Source of the DNA: an uncultured Pseudomonadota bacterium
Lineage (GTDB): Bacteria > UBA10199 > GCA-002796325 > 1-14-0-20-49-13
Assembly: GCA_964647545.1 (NCBI GenBank)
Contig: CAZYHS010000009.1
Coordinates: forward strand, 631-64,630
Direction of reading: 5' to 3'
DNA: 64,000 nt
Shown: positions 18,901-32,117 of the stretch, piece by piece
Layout: the number at the start of each line of letters is the position of its first letter
How positions within the stretch are numbered: position 1 is the first letter of the stretch
Position numbers and translations under genes: made by a program
Notes under the pieces: model-generated
Told to the model about the DNA's origin: nothing
Database searches by the model: none
The model's input: only the letters and a program-made list of their open reading frames with translations

Positions 18901-21900
18901 ATGGCTGACATTTATAGCTTTTTTGAAAAACCGAAGGATCCTCTGTCATTTACCGGCGTTAAGATCAAGCTGGCATCATCCGAGCGCATCAAAGAATGGT
19001 CGCACGGTGAGGTCAAAAAGCCGGAGACCATAAATTACAGAACCTTCAAGCCTGAGCGCGACGGTCTTTTCTGCGCCAAGATTTTCGGCCCTGTGAAAGA
19101 CTACGAATGTAATTGCGGCAAGTACAAGCGCATGAAACACCGCGGCATCGTTTGCGAAAAATGCGGAGTCGAGGTCATCCAGTCAAAGGTGCGCCGCGAG
19201 AGAATGGGCCACATTACGCTCGCTTCGCCGGTCGCTCATATCTGGTTCTTAAAGAGCCTCCCCAGCCGCATCGGCATGATGCTCGACGTCACGCTTAAAG
19301 ATCTCGAAAGAGTTCTTTATTGCGAAGCTTACATTGTCACCGATCCGGGATCCAGCGACCTGCAGGAAGGCGAGATCCTGATCGAAAATAAATATCAGGA
19401 AGCGCTCAATAAATATGGTCCCATCTTTAAAGTCGGGACCGGCGGTGAAGTCGTTCGTGACATGCTCAAAAAGATCGAGCTCGACGATCTCGCAAAGAAG
19501 CTGCGCAAAGATTTCGCAAAATGCGAAAGCGACACGATCCGCAAGAAGATCGCCCGCAGACTAAAGCTTGTAGAAAGCTTCAGAGACGCCGGAAACCGTC
19601 CCGAATGGATGATGCTCGAGATAGTTCCAGTTCTGCCCCCCGATCTTCGTCCTTTGGTTCCGCTCGATGGCGGAAGGTTTGCGACAAGCGATCTAAACGA
19701 TCTTTACAGGCGCGTTATTAACAGAAACAATCGTCTCAAACGGTTGATGGACCTTAACGCCCCCGACATTATCATCCGCAACGAAAAGCGCATGCTGCAG
19801 GAATCTGTCGACGCTCTTTTCGACAACGGCAGACGTGCACGTCCTTTCGTCGGGCCGAGCCGCAGACCTTTGCGTTCGCTCTCCGACATGCTTAAGGGCA
19901 AGCAGGGCCGTTTCCGTCAGAACCTGCTCGGTAAACGCGTCGATTATTCCGGTCGTTCGGTCATCGTTGTCGGGCCCGAGTTAAAGCTTCACCAGTGCGG
20001 TCTTCCCAAGAAGATGGCGCTCGAATTATTCAAGCCGTTTATTTATCACAAGCTCGAACTCAAAGGGCTTGTTTCAACCATTAAGAGCGCTCGCCGCATG
20101 GTCGAACGCGAAACTCCGGAAGTTTGGGACGCTTTGGAAGAGGTCATTAAAGAGCATCCTATTATGCTTAACCGCGCTCCTACGCTTCACAGGCTCGGCA
20201 TTCAGGCGTTCGAGCCCGTGTTGATCGAAGGCAAGGCAATTCAGTTGCATCCGCTGGTTTGTACGGCGTTCAACGCCGACTTCGACGGTGACCAGATGGC
20301 AGTTCACGTTCCGCTTTCAGTTGAGTCGCAGGTCGAAACGCGCGTCTTGATGATGTCGACCAACAACATTCTGTCGCCGGCAAACGGTAAACCTATCATC
20401 GGTCCGACGCAGGACATGGTGCTTGGTTTGTATTGGATGACCCGCGAACGTCCTGGGGCTAAAGGAGAGAACAAAGTTCTTTCGTCACCGGCCGAGCTTT
20501 CGATCGCTTACGACGAAGGCGAGGTCGATCTGCAAGCTAAGATCAAGGTCAGACTGCAGGGAAAATTGCGCGAAACAACCGTCGGTCGTGTGCTTCTTTA
20601 CGATATCGTTCCGAAGGTCATCGACTTTGAAGAATTCGTCAACAAGACGATGGACAAGAAGGCGATCGCCAATCTTATAGACCAGTGCTATCGTATGTGC
20701 GGCGACAAGGAGACAGTCCTTCTGGCCGATCACATTCGTTCATACGGTTACAAGTTCTCAACTCTTGCCGGCATTTCTATCAGCATCAACGACATGAAGA
20801 TACCGGCCAAGAAACAGCCGCTCATCGATGCCGCCTACGCCGAGGTGAAAGAGGTCGAAGACCAGTATGTCAACGGTCTTATCACTTGGGGCGAAAAATA
20901 TAACAAAGTCGTCGATATCTGGGCCGGCACTACCGACAAGGTAGCAGGCGAAATGATGAAAGAGATCAAATCGTCGAGCTCCGGATTCAACCCGATCTTC
21001 ATCATGGCCGATTCAGGCGCCAGAGGCTCTGCGCAGCAGATGCGTCAGCTGGCAGGTATGCGCGGACTGATGGCCAAGCCGTCAGGCGAAATTATCGAAA
21101 CGCCGATCACGGCAAACTTCCGTGAAGGTTTGAACGTGTTGCAATACTTTATTTCAACACACGGTGCCCGTAAAGGTTTGGCAGATACAGCTTTGAAGAC
21201 GGCAAACTCCGGTTATCTTACCCGCCGTCTGGTTGACGTTGTTCAGGACTACACGATCACCGAAGAAGATTGCGGCACTCTCGACGGTATTCTTATGAGC
21301 CCGCTGGTTGAAGGCGGCGAAATCATCGAGCCGCTCGGCGACAGAATTTTGGGTCGCGTGTCGCTCAAAGATATTGTTGATCCTGTTACGGGCGAAGTCA
21401 TCGTTCCTTCCGGAGCCGAGTTCGACGAAGAAAAAGTTTCGAAGATCGAAGAGGCCGGCATCGAACGCGTTATGATTAGGTCGGTGCTCACTTGTCAGAC
21501 TAAGGTCGGCGTTTGCTCGAAGTGCTATGGACGCGATCTTTCACGCGGTAAGCTGGTCGGTATCGGCGAAGCTGTCGGCGTCATCGCCGCACAGTCGATC
21601 GGCGAACCGGGAACTCAGCTCACAATGAGAACGTTCCACATAGGCGGTACGGCCTCACGCCGTGCAGAGCAGTCGATCTTGGAAGCAAGGTACGAAGGTT
21701 TCATTAAATTTCACAGCGTTCACTCGGTTATTAATCGCGACAAGAAACTTGTTGTGATGAATCGCAACGGCGAAGTTTCGATCGTTGATGAAAACGGCCG
21801 CGAGCGCGAGAAACACAAATTGACCTACGGTGCGGTTCTTATGGTGAAAGAGGGAGAGAAGGTCAAGACCAACACCATGATCGCCGAGTGGGATCCTTAC

Positions 21901-23016
21901 ACGAGTCCGCTCCTTACAGAAGTCGGCGGTATCGTGAAATTCGGCGATATCATCGAAGGTCACACAATGACCGAGCAGGTCGATGAAGTCACGGGCATGT
22001 CACAGAAGGTCATTACCGTTGCAAAAGATCCTACAAGTCGCCCGCGTATTTCCATCAAGGATTCGGACGGCAAGACGTTGAAGATCCCCGGTTCTGATCG
22101 TGACGCGCGCTATCTGCTTCCCGTCGGCGCTCACATTATGGTCATCGAAGGTGACACTCTTCAGCCCGGCGATGCGATCGCAAAAATGCCTCGCGAAACG
22201 ACAAAGACAAAAGATATCACCGGCGGTCTTCCGCGCGTGGCCGAACTTTTTGAAGCGCGCAAGCCGAAAGAATTTGCGGTTATTTCGGAAATCGACGGTA
22301 TCGTTTCGTTTGGTAAAGACACAAAAGGTAAACGCAAGATCGTCGTTACGCCGCCTGTGGGGAGCGAAGTCGAATATCTTATTCCTCGCGGAAAACATAT
22401 CACGGTTCACGACGGCGATCACGTTAAGGCCGGCGAGGCTTTAATGGACGGCTCGAGCAATCCGCACGACATCTTGAAGGTTCTCGGTGAAAAAGAACTT
22501 GCTAAATATCTCACCGACGAAATTCAGGAAGTTTACAGATTGCAGGGTGTGCGTATCAACGACAAACACATCGAAGTTATCGTGCGCAGAATGTTGCGTA
22601 ACGTTCGTATCATCGAGCAGGGCGATTCGAATTTCCTCTCCGACGAAATGGTCGATAAGGGACTCTTTGAAGAGACCAACGAAGCAATTAAGAAGAAGGG
22701 TGGAAAACCTGCGACCGCGGAGACTATCCTTCTCGGTATCACCAAGGCCGCTCTTTCGACCGACAGCTTTATTTCGGCGGCCAGCTTTCAGGAGACGACC
22801 AAGGTTCTTACCGACGCTGCCTCCACCGGAAGAGTCGATTATCTGCGCGGCTTGAAAGAGAACGTCATCATGGGGAGACCGATTCCGGCCGGCACAGGAC
22901 TCCTGCGCTATCGCGATGTAAAAGTGGAAGTCCCTGAAGAAGCAAAAGTTCAGGCTGAACAGGTTTTTACGGCTCCTGCTAACGCAGAATCGGCCTTAGA
23001 CGAGATTAGACCATAA
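18901..23016 (+). CDS. rpoC: DNA-directed RNA polymerase subunit beta'
   Basis: 1371 aa. Zn-finger [20 protein letters not shown] and the catalytic NADFDGD motif. Confidence 0.97.
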   Translation: MADIYSFFEKPKDPLSFTGVKIKLASSERIKEWSHGEVKKPETINYRTFKPERDGLFCAKIFGPVKDYECNCGKYKRMKHRGIVCEKCGVEVIQSKVRRERMGHITLASPVAHIWFLKSLPSRIGMMLDVTLKDLERVLYCEAYIVTDPGSSDLQEGEILIENKYQEALNKYGPIFKVGTGGEVVRDMLKKIELDDLAKKLRKDFAKCESDTIRKKIARRLKLVESFRDAGNRPEWMMLEIVPVLPPDLRPLVPLDGGRFATSDLNDLYRRVINRNNRLKRLMDLNAPDIIIRNEKRMLQESVDALFDNGRRARPFVGPSRRPLRSLSDMLKGKQGRFRQNLLGKRVDYSGRSVIVVGPELKLHQCGLPKKMALELFKPFIYHKLELKGLVSTIKSARRMVERETPEVWDALEEVIKEHPIMLNRAPTLHRLGIQAFEPVLIEGKAIQLHPLVCTAFNADFDGDQMAVHVPLSVESQVETRVLMMSTNNILSPANGKPIIGPTQDMVLGLYWMTRERPGAKGENKVLSSPAELSIAYDEGEVDLQAKIKVRLQGKLRETTVGRVLLYDIVPKVIDFEEFVNKTMDKKAIANLIDQCYRMCGDKETVLLADHIRSYGYKFSTLAGISISINDMKIPAKKQPLIDAAYAEVKEVEDQYVNGLITWGEKYNKVVDIWAGTTDKVAGEMMKEIKSSSSGFNPIFIMADSGARGSAQQMRQLAGMRGLMAKPSGEIIETPITANFREGLNVLQYFISTHGARKGLADTALKTANSGYLTRRLVDVVQDYTITEEDCGTLDGILMSPLVEGGEIIEPLGDRILGRVSLKDIVDPVTGEVIVPSGAEFDEEKVSKIEEAGIERVMIRSVLTCQTKVGVCSKCYGRDLSRGKLVGIGEAVGVIAAQSIGEPGTQLTMRTFHIGGTASRRAEQSILEARYEGFIKFHSVHSVINRDKKLVVMNRNGEVSIVDENGREREKHKLTYGAVLMVKEGEKVKTNTMIAEWDPYTSPLLTEVGGIVKFGDIIEGHTMTEQVDEVTGMSQKVITVAKDPTSRPRISIKDSDGKTLKIPGSDRDARYLLPVGAHIMVIEGDTLQPGDAIAKMPRETTKTKDITGGLPRVAELFEARKPKEFAVISEIDGIVSFGKDTKGKRKIVVTPPVGSEVEYLIPRGKHITVHDGDHVKAGEALMDGSSNPHDILKVLGEKELAKYLTDEIQEVYRLQGVRINDKHIEVIVRRMLRNVRIIEQGDSNFLSDEMVDKGLFEETNEAIKKKGGKPATAETILLGITKAALSTDSFISAASFQETTKVLTDAASTGRVDYLRGLKENVIMGRPIPAGTGLLRYRDVKVEVPEEAKVQAEQVFTAPANAESALDEIRP

Positions 23017-23209
23017 AGTCTTAAAGTAAGACTTTAAGTATTGTTGTATGACCTCTGCATAAAAATGTTTTTTTGTGCAGAGAAGGGCTTGACTAGATAT
23101 TTTTATTTTGCTAGTTAACCCCGCGCTTCGCGTAGTTGTGTCTTTAGAAGTTTTAGCGCGACGCAAGAAAAGTTAGTGATATTAAGAGTTTAACGGAGTT
23201 AGAAAAATT

Positions 23210-23581
23210 ATGCCGACGATAAATCAATTGGTGAGCAGTGGAAGAAGTCAGGTTGCATGGAGATGTACCGCTCCGGCGCTGCAGTCGTGCCCTCAAAAGC
23301 GCGGCGTTTGCGTCAGGGTTTACACCACAACCCCGAAGAAACCGAACTCGGCTCTTCGTAAGGTAGCCCGTATCAGACTTACAAACGGTCTTGAAGTCAC
23401 CGGATATATTCCGGGTGAAGGTCACAACCTTCAGGAACACTCGGTGGTTCTGGTTAGAGGCGGTCGTGTGAAAGATTTGCCGGGCGTCCGTTACCACATT
23501 GTTCGCGGTACGCTTGATTCAATCGGTGTTGAAAAGAGAAAGCAGAGCCGTTCGAAGTATGGTGCAAAGCGGCCTAAGTAA
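23210..23581 (+). CDS. rpsL: 30S ribosomal protein S12
   Basis: PTINQLV...[16 protein letters not shown]. Confidence 0.95.
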   Translation: MPTINQLVSSGRSQVAWRCTAPALQSCPQKRGVCVRVYTTTPKKPNSALRKVARIRLTNGLEVTGYIPGEGHNLQEHSVVLVRGGRVKDLPGVRYHIVRGTLDSIGVEKRKQSRSKYGAKRPK

Positions 23582-23665
23582 GTGAATGTAAGCTTAAGGG
23601 CTTTAAGTTGAAGGTCGGTTTACCCGAGATTCACTCCTTACAAGTTTACGATTTGCTCGAATAAG

Positions 23666-24139
23666 ATGCCAAGAAGGAAACGTGGTTCGTTAAAAAGAGA
23701 TGTGCTCCCTGATCCGAAGTTTAGCGATAAGCTGGTTGCTATGCTTATCAATAAAGTGATGCAGGACGGCAAAAAGTCGGCCGCAGAAAAGATCACCTAC
23801 GGCGCGTTCGATATTCTTCAGAAGGTTCGCAACGACGATCCTGTTAAAATTTTCAAACAGTCGCTTGAAAATATCAAGCCTTTGGTTGAATGCCGCTCAC
23901 GTCGTGTCGGCGGTGCAAACTATCAGGTCCCCAGCGAAGTTCGCCCTGACCGCAGAGTTAGCTTGGGCCTACGCTGGCTGCTTGAAGCTTCACGCGCAAG
24001 AGGCGAAAAGACGATGCAGCAGCGTCTCGCAGGTGAGCTCAACGACGCCCTCGAAAACAAGGGCTCGGCCGTGAAGAAACGTGAAGACGTTCACAAAATG
24101 GCCGAAGCGAACAAGGCATTTGCACACTTTAAGTTCTAG
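23666..24139 (+). CDS. rpsG: 30S ribosomal protein S7
   Basis: Conserved S7 sequence and str-operon position. Confidence 0.95.
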   Translation: MPRRKRGSLKRDVLPDPKFSDKLVAMLINKVMQDGKKSAAEKITYGAFDILQKVRNDDPVKIFKQSLENIKPLVECRSRRVGGANYQVPSEVRPDRRVSLGLRWLLEASRARGEKTMQQRLAGELNDALENKGSAVKKREDVHKMAEANKAFAHFKF

Positions 24140-24184
24140 TTTGGCAGGAAAATTTAAGGGCGAGAGTTAAACGGTAATAACAAC

Positions 24185-24256
24185 CGGGCTGGCCCCTTGA
24201 AGATAAAAGGGCTGGCCCGTTTTTTGTACAAAATTCCCCCGCAGCTTAGCGGGGAC
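24185..24256 (+). promoter_or_regulatory. fusA leader: terminator-like hairpin plus T6, then a second hairpin overlapping the RBS
   Basis: CGGGCTGGCCC...GGGCTGGCCCG stem (24185-24219) followed by T6 at 24220-24225. Then CCCCGC/GCGGGG (24237-24254), which includes the G-rich RBS for the ATG at 24266. Confidence 0.35.
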
Positions 24257-24265
24257 AGGGAAAAT

Positions 24266-26344
24266 ATGGCCGTAAACGAAACAGAAATATTATCGAAGTG
24301 GCGCAATATCGGCATTATGGCTCACATTGATGCCGGTAAGACGACTTGTTCCGAGCGCATTCTGTACTACACCGGTAAGACCTACAAGATCGGCGAAGTC
24401 CACGAAGGTGCAGCGGTCATGGACTGGATGGAGCAGGAGCAGGAGAGAGGTATCACCATCACCAGCGCTGCCACTACCTGCGAATGGAAGGGCCATAAAG
24501 TAAACCTTATCGATACCCCGGGCCACGTCGATTTCACGATCGAAGTCGAAAGATCTCTTCGTGTTTTGGATGGAGCCGTCGGTGTTTTCTGCGCTGTCGG
24601 CGGAGTTGAGCCTCAGTCAGAAACGGTTTGGCGTCAGGCAAATAAATATCATGTTCCCCGCATCGCTTTTGTTAACAAGATGGACAGAGTCGGGGCAGAT
24701 TTTAAGCGCGTCGTCAGAATGATGCGCGAGAGGCTTCACACGCATCCGGTTTGCTTTCAGCTTCCGGTCGGCGGCGGAGACGAATTTGAAGGTATCATCG
24801 ACTTGGTAAAGATGAAATATCTCACCTACAAAGCCGATGACATGGGAACGACCGTTGTTGAAAACGAGATCCCCGCGGATTATATAGAAGAGGCTCGCGA
24901 CCTGCGCGAACAGATGATAGAGGCGGTTGTCGAATCGGATGATGCCCTTTTAGAAAAATATCTGGGAGCCCATTCGCTGACCGAAGCCGAGATAATTTCT
25001 TGTGCCCGCAAATCGACGATCGCAATGAGGATTACGCCGGTATTTTGCGGCACGGCCTTCAAAAATAAAGGCGTCCAGCAGCTTCTTGACGCGGTTGTTA
25101 ACTTGTTGCCGAGCCCGCTTGATCGTCCTCCGGTCGAAGGTTTTGAGGACGGTGACAAAGAGAAGATCGTCAAGCGCAGCGCCAGCTCGTCTGAAAAACT
25201 CACGGCGATCGCTTTTAAAATTGCGACCGATCCTTTTATCGGACAGCTGACCTATATCAGAGTTTATTCGGGAGTTCTCACAAGCGGCTCGACGGTTTAC
25301 AATTCAAGCAAAAAGAAAAATGAACGCATCGGACGTTTGGTTCGCATGCATGCAAATAAGCGCGAAGAGATCAAGTCGGTTTCAGCCGGAGACATCGCAG
25401 CGGCAGTTGGTTTGAAGGCTACTACAACCGGCGACACTTTGTGTCAGGACGGAGACGATGTTGCTCTTGAGGCGATGGTTTTCCCGACTCCGGTCATTGA
25501 AGTGGCGGTCGAACCGAAGACAAAAGCCGATCAGGGCAAACTCGACGCTGCATTGCAGAAGCTTGCGCTCGAAGATCCTTCGTTTAGAGTTAAGGTCGAT
25601 CACGAAACCGGCCAGACGATCATTGCGGGTATGGGCGAACTCCATCTCGAGATCATTGTCGATCGCATGAAACGCGAATTTAGCGTCGATGCTAACGTCG
25701 GTGCCCCGCAGGTCGCGTATCGTGAAACCGTTCAGGGGGCCGCAGAAGCCGAAGGCAAGTACGTCCGTCAGACCGGCGGTCGCGGTCAGTACGGTCACGT
25801 TTGGCTCAAAATCGAGCCGAGCGAACGCGGCAAAGGCTTTGAATTTGTCGATGAAGTCAAGCAGGGAAGAGTCCCGCGCGAGTTCATCGTTGCCGCCCAA
25901 AAAGGTCTCAACGACGCAATTACAACCGGTGTTTTGGCCGGTTATCCGGTGGTCGATATCAAAGCCACCATGTTTGACGGCAGCTTCCACGACGTCGATT
26001 CAAGCGAAATGGCCTTTAAGATTGCCGCTTCAATGGCATTTAAAGATGCTTGCGCTAAAGCAAAGCCGGTTCTTTTGGAGCCGATCATGGACGTCGAAGC
26101 GGTCGTTCCGGACGAATATATCGGCGCGGTTAGCGGCGATTTAAGCAGCCGTCGCGGCAAGATTATGAGGTCGGAAATCCGCACCGGAAGCCATATTGTG
26201 GTCGCGCAAGTACCGCTTGCAAAAATGTTTGGTTATGCTACAAGCCTCCGCTCCATAACGCAGGGTCGTGCTACGTATTCCATGCAGTTCTCGCATTACG
26301 AGCCAGCACCCAAGAACGTTGTTGACGAGATTGTGAAGAAGTAA
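24266..26344 (+). CDS. fusA: elongation factor G (canonical)
   Basis: [28 protein letters not shown] at 24266 after a GGGGACAGGG RBS. The track ORF start at 24197 is an upstream extension. Confidence 0.95.
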   Translation: MAVNETEILSKWRNIGIMAHIDAGKTTCSERILYYTGKTYKIGEVHEGAAVMDWMEQEQERGITITSAATTCEWKGHKVNLIDTPGHVDFTIEVERSLRVLDGAVGVFCAVGGVEPQSETVWRQANKYHVPRIAFVNKMDRVGADFKRVVRMMRERLHTHPVCFQLPVGGGDEFEGIIDLVKMKYLTYKADDMGTTVVENEIPADYIEEARDLREQMIEAVVESDDALLEKYLGAHSLTEAEIISCARKSTIAMRITPVFCGTAFKNKGVQQLLDAVVNLLPSPLDRPPVEGFEDGDKEKIVKRSASSSEKLTAIAFKIATDPFIGQLTYIRVYSGVLTSGSTVYNSSKKKNERIGRLVRMHANKREEIKSVSAGDIAAAVGLKATTTGDTLCQDGDDVALEAMVFPTPVIEVAVEPKTKADQGKLDAALQKLALEDPSFRVKVDHETGQTIIAGMGELHLEIIVDRMKREFSVDANVGAPQVAYRETVQGAAEAEGKYVRQTGGRGQYGHVWLKIEPSERGKGFEFVDEVKQGRVPREFIVAAQKGLNDAITTGVLAGYPVVDIKATMFDGSFHDVDSSEMAFKIAASMAFKDACAKAKPVLLEPIMDVEAVVPDEYIGAVSGDLSSRRGKIMRSEIRTGSHIVVAQVPLAKMFGYATSLRSITQGRATYSMQFSHYEPAPKNVVDEIVKK

Positions 26345-26365
26345 ATTTAACTTTAGGTTTAAACT

Positions 26366-26692
26366 ATGTCGAACGAACACGAAAAGAATCAGAGAATCAG
26401 GATCAGACTCAAAGGGTTTGATTCAAGACTGGTCGATGTTTCGGCCAAAGAAATTTTGGATACGGCCAAGAGGACCGGAGCAATGGTCGCGGGTCCGATT
26501 CCTATGCCGACGAAGATCGAGCGCTACACGGTTTTGCGCTCGCCACACGTTGACAAAAAATCGCGCGAACAGTTTGAGATCCGTACGCACAAGCGCATGC
26601 TCGATATTCTCGAGCCGACACAGCAGACGGTCGATGCGTTGATGAAGCTGGATTTGGCCAGCGGCGTCGAAGTTGATATTAAAATGTTATAA
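26366..26692 (+). CDS. rpsJ: 30S ribosomal protein S10
   Basis: Conserved S10 sequence. Directly follows fusA with no tuf in between. Confidence 0.95.
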   Translation: MSNEHEKNQRIRIRLKGFDSRLVDVSAKEILDTAKRTGAMVAGPIPMPTKIERYTVLRSPHVDKKSREQFEIRTHKRMLDILEPTQQTVDALMKLDLASGVEVDIKML

Positions 26693-26710
26693 CAAGTGAG
26701 TGGTAAACTT

Positions 26711-27337
26711 ATGTTAGGACTCCTCGGAAAAAAATTAGGCATGACCCAAATCTTCAACGATGCAGGCGAACCTGTGCAGGTCACGGTCGTTCAGGCCGGT
26801 CCTTGCAAGGTCGTTAAAGTTCTGTCGAAAGACAAAGAAGGTTACGACGGGATTTGCGTTGGATTTGAGCCGGTGAAAAAAGAGAAGAACGTGAGAAAGC
26901 CGCTGGCTGGTTTTTTCAAGAAGGCCGGTATTGCTCCGTTCCAGCATCTTAAAGAGTTCCGCCCCAATAAAATGGAAGGCTTGGAAATCGGCAAAGATCT
27001 TACAGTCGAACTTTTTAAGAAGGGCGACATTATCGATGTCTCCGGCGTTACAAAGGGCCGCGGTTTTCAGGGCGTTATAAAACGCTGTGGGAAAAAAGGC
27101 GGACCAATGGGGCACGGTTCGAAGTTCCACAGAACAACCGGTTCGGTCGGTATGAGAACTTGGCCGGGGCGCGTTCTTCCCGGAACCGGCATGGCCGGCC
27201 AGATGGGCAACGTTAAACGCACCATCAAAAACATCGAGGTCTTTGGCGTCGATACAGAGCGTAATTTGGTTTTTGTCAGGGGCGCTATCCCGGGCGGAAA
27301 AAATGGTTTGGTTGTTTTAAGCGTTAAGGCGATGTGA
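26711..27337 (+). CDS. rplC: 50S ribosomal protein L3
   Basis: [15 protein letters not shown] is the canonical L3 N-terminus. The 26696 GTG alternative is in frame. Confidence 0.9.
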   Translation: MLGLLGKKLGMTQIFNDAGEPVQVTVVQAGPCKVVKVLSKDKEGYDGICVGFEPVKKEKNVRKPLAGFFKKAGIAPFQHLKEFRPNKMEGLEIGKDLTVELFKKGDIIDVSGVTKGRGFQGVIKRCGKKGGPMGHGSKFHRTTGSVGMRTWPGRVLPGTGMAGQMGNVKRTIKNIEVFGVDTERNLVFVRGAIPGGKNGLVVLSVKAM

Positions 27338-27345
27338 GGTAAATT

Positions 27346-27969
27346 ATGAGCGTGACAGCAATTTACGATATGAACAAAAAGAAGGTTGGCGAGATGGAAC
27401 TCCCCGATGATGTTTTCGGTGTGAAGGTCAATCCCGGCATTCTTCATGAAATGGTTATTGTTCAGCTGCAAAACAAGAGACAGGGAAACGCCTCTACAAA
27501 GACGCGTTCCGAAGTTCGCGGCGGCGGCAGAAAACCTTATAAACAAAAAGGTACAGGCCGCGCCCGTCACGGTTCAAGCCGCAGCCCGATCTTTGTCGGC
27601 GGCGGTATAACCTTCGGACCTCAGCCTCGCAATTGGAAGGTTGAGCTTCCTAAGAAGCAGAAGGCTGTCGCTTTTAAGATGGCTCTTTCAATGAAGAACA
27701 AAGACGGCAATCTTTTTGTCGTCTCCGATTTTGCTTCGACAGACGGCAAGACAAAGAGCATGGCGAAGGTTTTTGAAAAGTGGGAAACAAAGAGCGGTAT
27801 CGTCGTCACCCACGGGCGCGACGATAAAACCTATCGCGCGGTCAGAAACATCCCTAACATTAAATTCGTTCAGGATAAGAACTTGAACGTTTTGGATTTG
27901 GTTAAGTACGAGCATCTTCTTGTTACCAAAGATGCCGTTGGAAATATTGTCAACAGAGCGAACAAGTAA
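27346..27969 (+). CDS. rplD: 50S ribosomal protein L4
   Basis: Conserved L4 sequence, operon order. Confidence 0.93.
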   Translation: MSVTAIYDMNKKKVGEMELPDDVFGVKVNPGILHEMVIVQLQNKRQGNASTKTRSEVRGGGRKPYKQKGTGRARHGSSRSPIFVGGGITFGPQPRNWKVELPKKQKAVAFKMALSMKNKDGNLFVVSDFASTDGKTKSMAKVFEKWETKSGIVVTHGRDDKTYRAVRNIPNIKFVQDKNLNVLDLVKYEHLLVTKDAVGNIVNRANK

Positions 27970-27983
27970 GGCAAGGTTTTGTT

Positions 27984-28277
27984 ATGAACATTTACGACGT
28001 AATAAAAGCACCGTTGGTCACAGAAAAGGCAGCGCTCAACAAAGGTGAGAAGAGCGAGTACTATTTCCGTGTCGATTTGCGTGCAACCAAGATTGACATC
28101 AGGCTCGCCGTCGAAAAGCTCTTCAACGTGAAGATCGACGACGTAAGAACGGTTACAATGCACGGCAAGCCGCGCCGTAACGCGCGCGCTCGTGCACCGA
28201 TAGCCGCTAAGAGCTGGAAGAAGGCAATTGTTACATTGAAAAAAGGCAGTAAAATCGAACTGTTTGAGGGTGTATGA
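27984..28277 (+). CDS. rplW: 50S ribosomal protein L23
   Basis: Conserved L23 sequence, operon order. Confidence 0.93.
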   Translation: MNIYDVIKAPLVTEKAALNKGEKSEYYFRVDLRATKIDIRLAVEKLFNVKIDDVRTVTMHGKPRRNARARAPIAAKSWKKAIVTLKKGSKIELFEGV

Positions 28278-29092
28278 AGACATATAATCCGACATCGCCC
28301 GGTCGCAGATTCCAGACCGGCCACGAATTTGCGCACCTGACCAAGAAGAAGCCTGAAAAGGGCCTCGTCTACATGCTTGGCAGAACCGGCGGAAGAAATA
28401 ATAAAGGCCGCGTCACAACTGAACATCAGGGTGGCGGAGCAAAGAGAAAATATCGTGAGATAGATTTTCGCAGGGCCAAGAACGGGATTTCGGCCGTTGT
28501 GTCGGCTCTTGAGTACGATCCCAATCGCACGGCCAACATTGCGCTCCTTACCTATGTTGACGGCACCAAGACCTATATTCTTGCGCCGCTCGGTCTTAAG
28601 GTCGGAGACAAAGTCATTGCCAGCAACACCGCCGACATCACGCCGGGCAACGTTTTGCCTTTGCGCTATATTCCGGTTGGTACGGCGATCCACAACATCG
28701 AGCTTAAGGTCGGTGGCGGTGGAAAGCTTGTCCGTTCGGCAGGCGGGTCGGCCCAAATTATGGCAAAAGAGGGCGAGTACGCTCAGGTAAGAATGCCTTC
28801 CGGCGAAGTTCGTCTCATTAACATTGATTGTCAGGCGACCATCGGTCAGGTCGGCAATCTCGATCACGAAAATATTACTCTTGGAAAAGCCGGTCGTACG
28901 CGTTTCCTTGGACGCCGTCCGCACGTTCGCGGTATGGCAATGAATCCGGTCGATCACCCGCATGGTGGCGGTGAAGGCCGCAGCAAGGGTGGTAACCATC
29001 CGCAGTCGCGTACCGGTGTACCGGCAAAGGGATACAAGACCCGCACTAATAAGAGAACCGCTCGGTTCATTATTAAGGATAGGAGGAAGTAG
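28274..29092 (+). CDS. rplB: 50S ribosomal protein L2
   Basis: [22 protein letters not shown] and conserved C-terminal GGGEGR. Confidence 0.95.
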   Translation: MKTYNPTSPGRRFQTGHEFAHLTKKKPEKGLVYMLGRTGGRNNKGRVTTEHQGGGAKRKYREIDFRRAKNGISAVVSALEYDPNRTANIALLTYVDGTKTYILAPLGLKVGDKVIASNTADITPGNVLPLRYIPVGTAIHNIELKVGGGGKLVRSAGGSAQIMAKEGEYAQVRMPSGEVRLINIDCQATIGQVGNLDHENITLGKAGRTRFLGRRPHVRGMAMNPVDHPHGGGEGRSKGGNHPQSRTGVPAKGYKTRTNKRTARFIIKDRRK

Positions 29093-29424
29093 TGGCTAGA
29101 TCACTTAAAAAAGGACCGTTTGTTGATGAGCATCTGCTTGAAAAAGTTGAATCGTCATCGAACGATAGGAGCCGGAAGGTCATTAAATCTTGGTCACGCA
29201 GGTCTGTTATCGTACCGGATATGATCGGGCTTACATTCGCGATTCACAACGGCAAGAAGTTTGTTCCGGTGTTTGTCACCGAAAGCATGATCGGTCACAA
29301 GTTCGGCGAATTTGCGGCAACCAGAGCTTTCCGCAGCCACTCAGGCGCGAAGAAAGAATCGGCAGGCGCTTCGGCACCGGCGGCCCCTAAGGCAGCGGCA
29401 CCGGCACCGGCAGCAAAGGCATGA
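29092..29424 (+). CDS. rpsS: 30S ribosomal protein S19 with an Ala/Pro/Lys-rich C-terminal tail
   Basis: Canonical S19 core followed by about 18 extra residues, [23 protein letters not shown]. Confidence 0.93.
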   Translation: MARSLKKGPFVDEHLLEKVESSSNDRSRKVIKSWSRRSVIVPDMIGLTFAIHNGKKFVPVFVTESMIGHKFGEFAATRAFRSHSGAKKESAGASAPAAPKAAAPAPAAKA

Positions 29425-29432
29425 GCTAAATT

Positions 29433-29759
29433 ATGAACGCGACATTTAAATACATAAGAATTTCGCCGCAGAAGGTTAGAGGAATCGTTAACCTTGTGCG
29501 CGGGAAAAATGTTAACCAAGCGATCGGAGAACTCCGCTTCTGCAAAAAAAGCGCTGCGACATCGGTTCTGAAGCTTATTCAGTCCGCTGCTGCTAACGCT
29601 AAGCAGAAGGGCGGGGTCGATCCTGAGAATCTTTATCTCAAGACGATCGTTGTCAACAATGGCCCTATCTGGCGCCGTTTTCGTGCCAGATCACGTGGTA
29701 TGGCTCACAGGATTTTAAAGAAGTCCTGCCACATCACAGTCGAACTAGGGGAGAAATAA
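29433..29759 (+). CDS. rplV: 50S ribosomal protein L22
   Basis: Conserved L22 sequence. Confidence 0.93.
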   Translation: MNATFKYIRISPQKVRGIVNLVRGKNVNQAIGELRFCKKSAATSVLKLIQSAAANAKQKGGVDPENLYLKTIVVNNGPIWRRFRARSRGMAHRILKKSCHITVELGEK

Positions 29760-30391
29760 TGGGACAGAAGACTCATCCAACAGGATTTAGGCTGGGCGTA
29801 AGCAAACCGTGGCTTTCGAGGTGGTTCGCTCCCCGTAAGGACTATGCAAAACTCGTTCACGAGGACGTGTTCATCCGCAAAGTCCTTAAAGAGAAACTTT
29901 TTCACGCTGGCATTTCTAAGATAGAAATCGAACGTGCCGCCGGAAAAGTGAAAATCGCCATCTGGACCGCCCGCCCGGGTCTTGTGATTGGCAAAAAAGG
30001 TGCCGGAATCGATACTCTTGCGGCCGATATTCAGAAATTCACTTCGCACGAAGTTGTGCTCAATATTCAGGAAGTCAGAAAGCCCGAAACGGATGCACAG
30101 CTCGTTGCCGAAAATGTGGCGATGCAGCTCGAACGTAGAGTCTCTTTCCGCCGCGCTATCAAGAAGTCGGTTCAGACCGCTTTGAAGCTTGGCGCGCTTG
30201 GAATTAAGCTCCACGTCAGCGGTCGTCTCGGCGGCGCAGAAATTGCCCGTGCAGAGTGGTATCGTGAAGGTCGCGTTCCGCTGCAGACGCTCCGTGCCGA
30301 CATCGATTTCGGATTTGCAGAAGCCCGCACCACGTACGGACAGATCGGTGTGAAGGCTTGGGTTTATAAGGGTGAAGTGCTACCGAACTAA
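29759..30391 (+). CDS. rpsC: 30S ribosomal protein S3
   Basis: [13 protein letters not shown] and KH domain. Confidence 0.95.
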   Translation: MGQKTHPTGFRLGVSKPWLSRWFAPRKDYAKLVHEDVFIRKVLKEKLFHAGISKIEIERAAGKVKIAIWTARPGLVIGKKGAGIDTLAADIQKFTSHEVVLNIQEVRKPETDAQLVAENVAMQLERRVSFRRAIKKSVQTALKLGALGIKLHVSGRLGGAEIARAEWYREGRVPLQTLRADIDFGFAEARTTYGQIGVKAWVYKGEVLPN

Positions 30392-30404
30392 AGGATAGAT
30401 TTTT

Positions 30405-30833
30405 ATGTTAATGCCGGAAAAGACAAAGTGGCGCAAAGTACAAAAGGGGCGTGTGAGAGGTGTCGCAACCCGCGGTTGCGATCTCTGCTACGGTGATTAT
30501 GGCCTTCAGGGGCTAGAACACGGCTGGATTACCGCCCGCCAAATAGAGGCATGCCGCGTTGCAATTACTCGTTCATTAAAAAAGGGCGGCAAGATGTGGA
30601 TCAGAATCTTTCCGCACAAACCGGTGTCGAAAAAGCCGGTCGAAGTCAGAATGGGTCGCGGAAAAGGTGCCGTTGAGTTTTGGGTAGCGCCGGTAAAACG
30701 TGGTCGCATGTTGTTTGAAATCGAGGGTGTGACACGCGAAGAGGCTATGGAAGTCCTTAAGACCGCAGGTCATAAGCTTCCGGTCACTACAAAGATCGTT
30801 TGCCGCGACACAACTCGCGATGCCAGAATGTAA
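30405..30833 (+). CDS. rplP: 50S ribosomal protein L16
   Basis: Conserved L16 sequence. Confidence 0.95.
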   Translation: MLMPEKTKWRKVQKGRVRGVATRGCDLCYGDYGLQGLEHGWITARQIEACRVAITRSLKKGGKMWIRIFPHKPVSKKPVEVRMGRGKGAVEFWVAPVKRGRMLFEIEGVTREEAMEVLKTAGHKLPVTTKIVCRDTTRDARM

Positions 30834-30847
30834 TTTAGAGGAATTTT

Positions 30848-31057
30848 ATGAAGAAAGACATAGATCTAAAAAATAAATCGGGAGACGAGCTCAAGAACTT
30901 GTCGAACGAGTACAGAGCTGAACTTGCCAAGCTGAGATTCCGTCATACCAGCGGCCAGCTTGAAAAAACGGCTGAATTGAAGAAGGTCAGAAAGAACATC
31001 GCTCGCGTCGAGACCTTTCTGAGACAAAAAGAATTGGCGAAGGTAAACAATGGATAG
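30848..31057 (+). CDS. rpmC: 50S ribosomal protein L29
   Basis: 69 aa, coiled-coil L29, operon order. Confidence 0.9.
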   Translation: MKKDIDLKNKSGDELKNLSNEYRAELAKLRFRHTSGQLEKTAELKKVRKNIARVETFLRQKELAKVNNG

Positions 31058-31349
31058 GCAAATAAAAAACAAAACAGGCGTCGTAATTCGCAAGAGTGGC
31101 GACAAAACAGTTATCGTTGAGGTCGAACGTTTCGTGCAGCACACCAAATACGGCAAATACGTTCGCAGACGCAAAAAGTTCCATTGCCACGATGAAAAGA
31201 ACAGCTGCGGATTGGGCGATAAGGTCAAGATAGTTGAAACCCGTCCCATCAGCAAGATGAAGACTTGGAAGATCGCCACTGTTCTTAGCAAAGGCATTTT
31301 GTTTGAGAAGGGTATCGACGATACCGCAGCGGCGAAAGACAGCGAATAA
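31050..31349 (+). CDS. rpsQ: 30S ribosomal protein S17
   Basis: [40 protein letters not shown]. Confidence 0.93.
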   Translation: MDRQIKNKTGVVIRKSGDKTVIVEVERFVQHTKYGKYVRRRKKFHCHDEKNSCGLGDKVKIVETRPISKMKTWKIATVLSKGILFEKGIDDTAAAKDSE

Positions 31350-31400
31350 TTCTTTTGGTCAAGATTTTTTGAGGAGACTCTTTAAAAGAGAGATTGGTTT

Positions 31401-31769
31401 ATGATACAGCAAGAAACAGTACTTGAAGTGGCCGACAACTCCGGCGCCAAGAGCATGGTTTGTATCAAAGTTCTAGGCGGCACGCGCAAGCGTTATGCCA
31501 CGATCGGCGACGTCATTGTGGTCGCAATTCGCGAAGCAATGGCAAAAGCAAAGGTCAAAAAAGGCGATATTAAGAGAGCCGTTATCGTGCGTACAGCCAA
31601 GGAAATCAGACGTCAGGACGGTTCCTACATCAGGTTTGACGTAAATTCGGCGGTTCTTGTAGATAACAACGGCGAACCCCTAGGCACCCGTATTTTCGGG
31701 CCCGTCGCAAGAGAACTTCGTGGTAAGAGATTCATGAAGATCATTTCGCTGGCTCCAGAGGTTCTGTAA
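31401..31769 (+). CDS. rplN: 50S ribosomal protein L14
   Basis: [17 protein letters not shown]. Confidence 0.95.
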   Translation: MIQQETVLEVADNSGAKSMVCIKVLGGTRKRYATIGDVIVVAIREAMAKAKVKKGDIKRAVIVRTAKEIRRQDGSYIRFDVNSAVLVDNNGEPLGTRIFGPVARELRGKRFMKIISLAPEVL

Positions 31770-31783
31770 ATAAAGAGTAAATT

Positions 31784-32116
31784 ATGAAATTCGAACAAAT
31801 AAATATCAAAAAGGGTGACACCGTTCAGGTTATCACCGGCAAAGAGAAGGGAAAGACGGGCAAAGTTCTTGCGGTCTATCCGAAGCGTGAGCGGCTTCTC
31901 GTTGAAAAGCTCAATATGGTCAAGCGTCACATGAAGCCCAATCAGCAGTTCAAACAGGGCGGCATCGTAGAAAAAGAGTCTTCGATCCATATTTCAAACG
32001 TGATGGTCATGTGCGGCAAGTGCGCTAAGCCTGTCCGCATTAAACATAAATTGATCGAAAAAAAGAACAGCCGCGTCTGTGCCAAGTGCGGCGAGCTTCT
32101 GGATACGGTGAAGTGA
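31784..32116 (+). CDS. rplX: 50S ribosomal protein L24
   Basis: KOW motif [21 protein letters not shown]. Confidence 0.93.
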   Translation: MKFEQINIKKGDTVQVITGKEKGKTGKVLAVYPKRERLLVEKLNMVKRHMKPNQQFKQGGIVEKESSIHISNVMVMCGKCAKPVRIKHKLIEKKNSRVCAKCGELLDTVK

Positions 32117-32117
32117 T

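Noticed and set aside
23015-23045. Perfect 9-bp hairpin AAAGTCTTA/TAAGACTTT right after the rpoC stop, as a possible terminator
   Set aside because: The stem is AT-rich (2 GC pairs) and is not followed by a U-tract, so it is unlikely to be an efficient intrinsic terminator. A TTGACT-N17-TAGTTA str-operon promoter candidate downstream has a poor -10 box.
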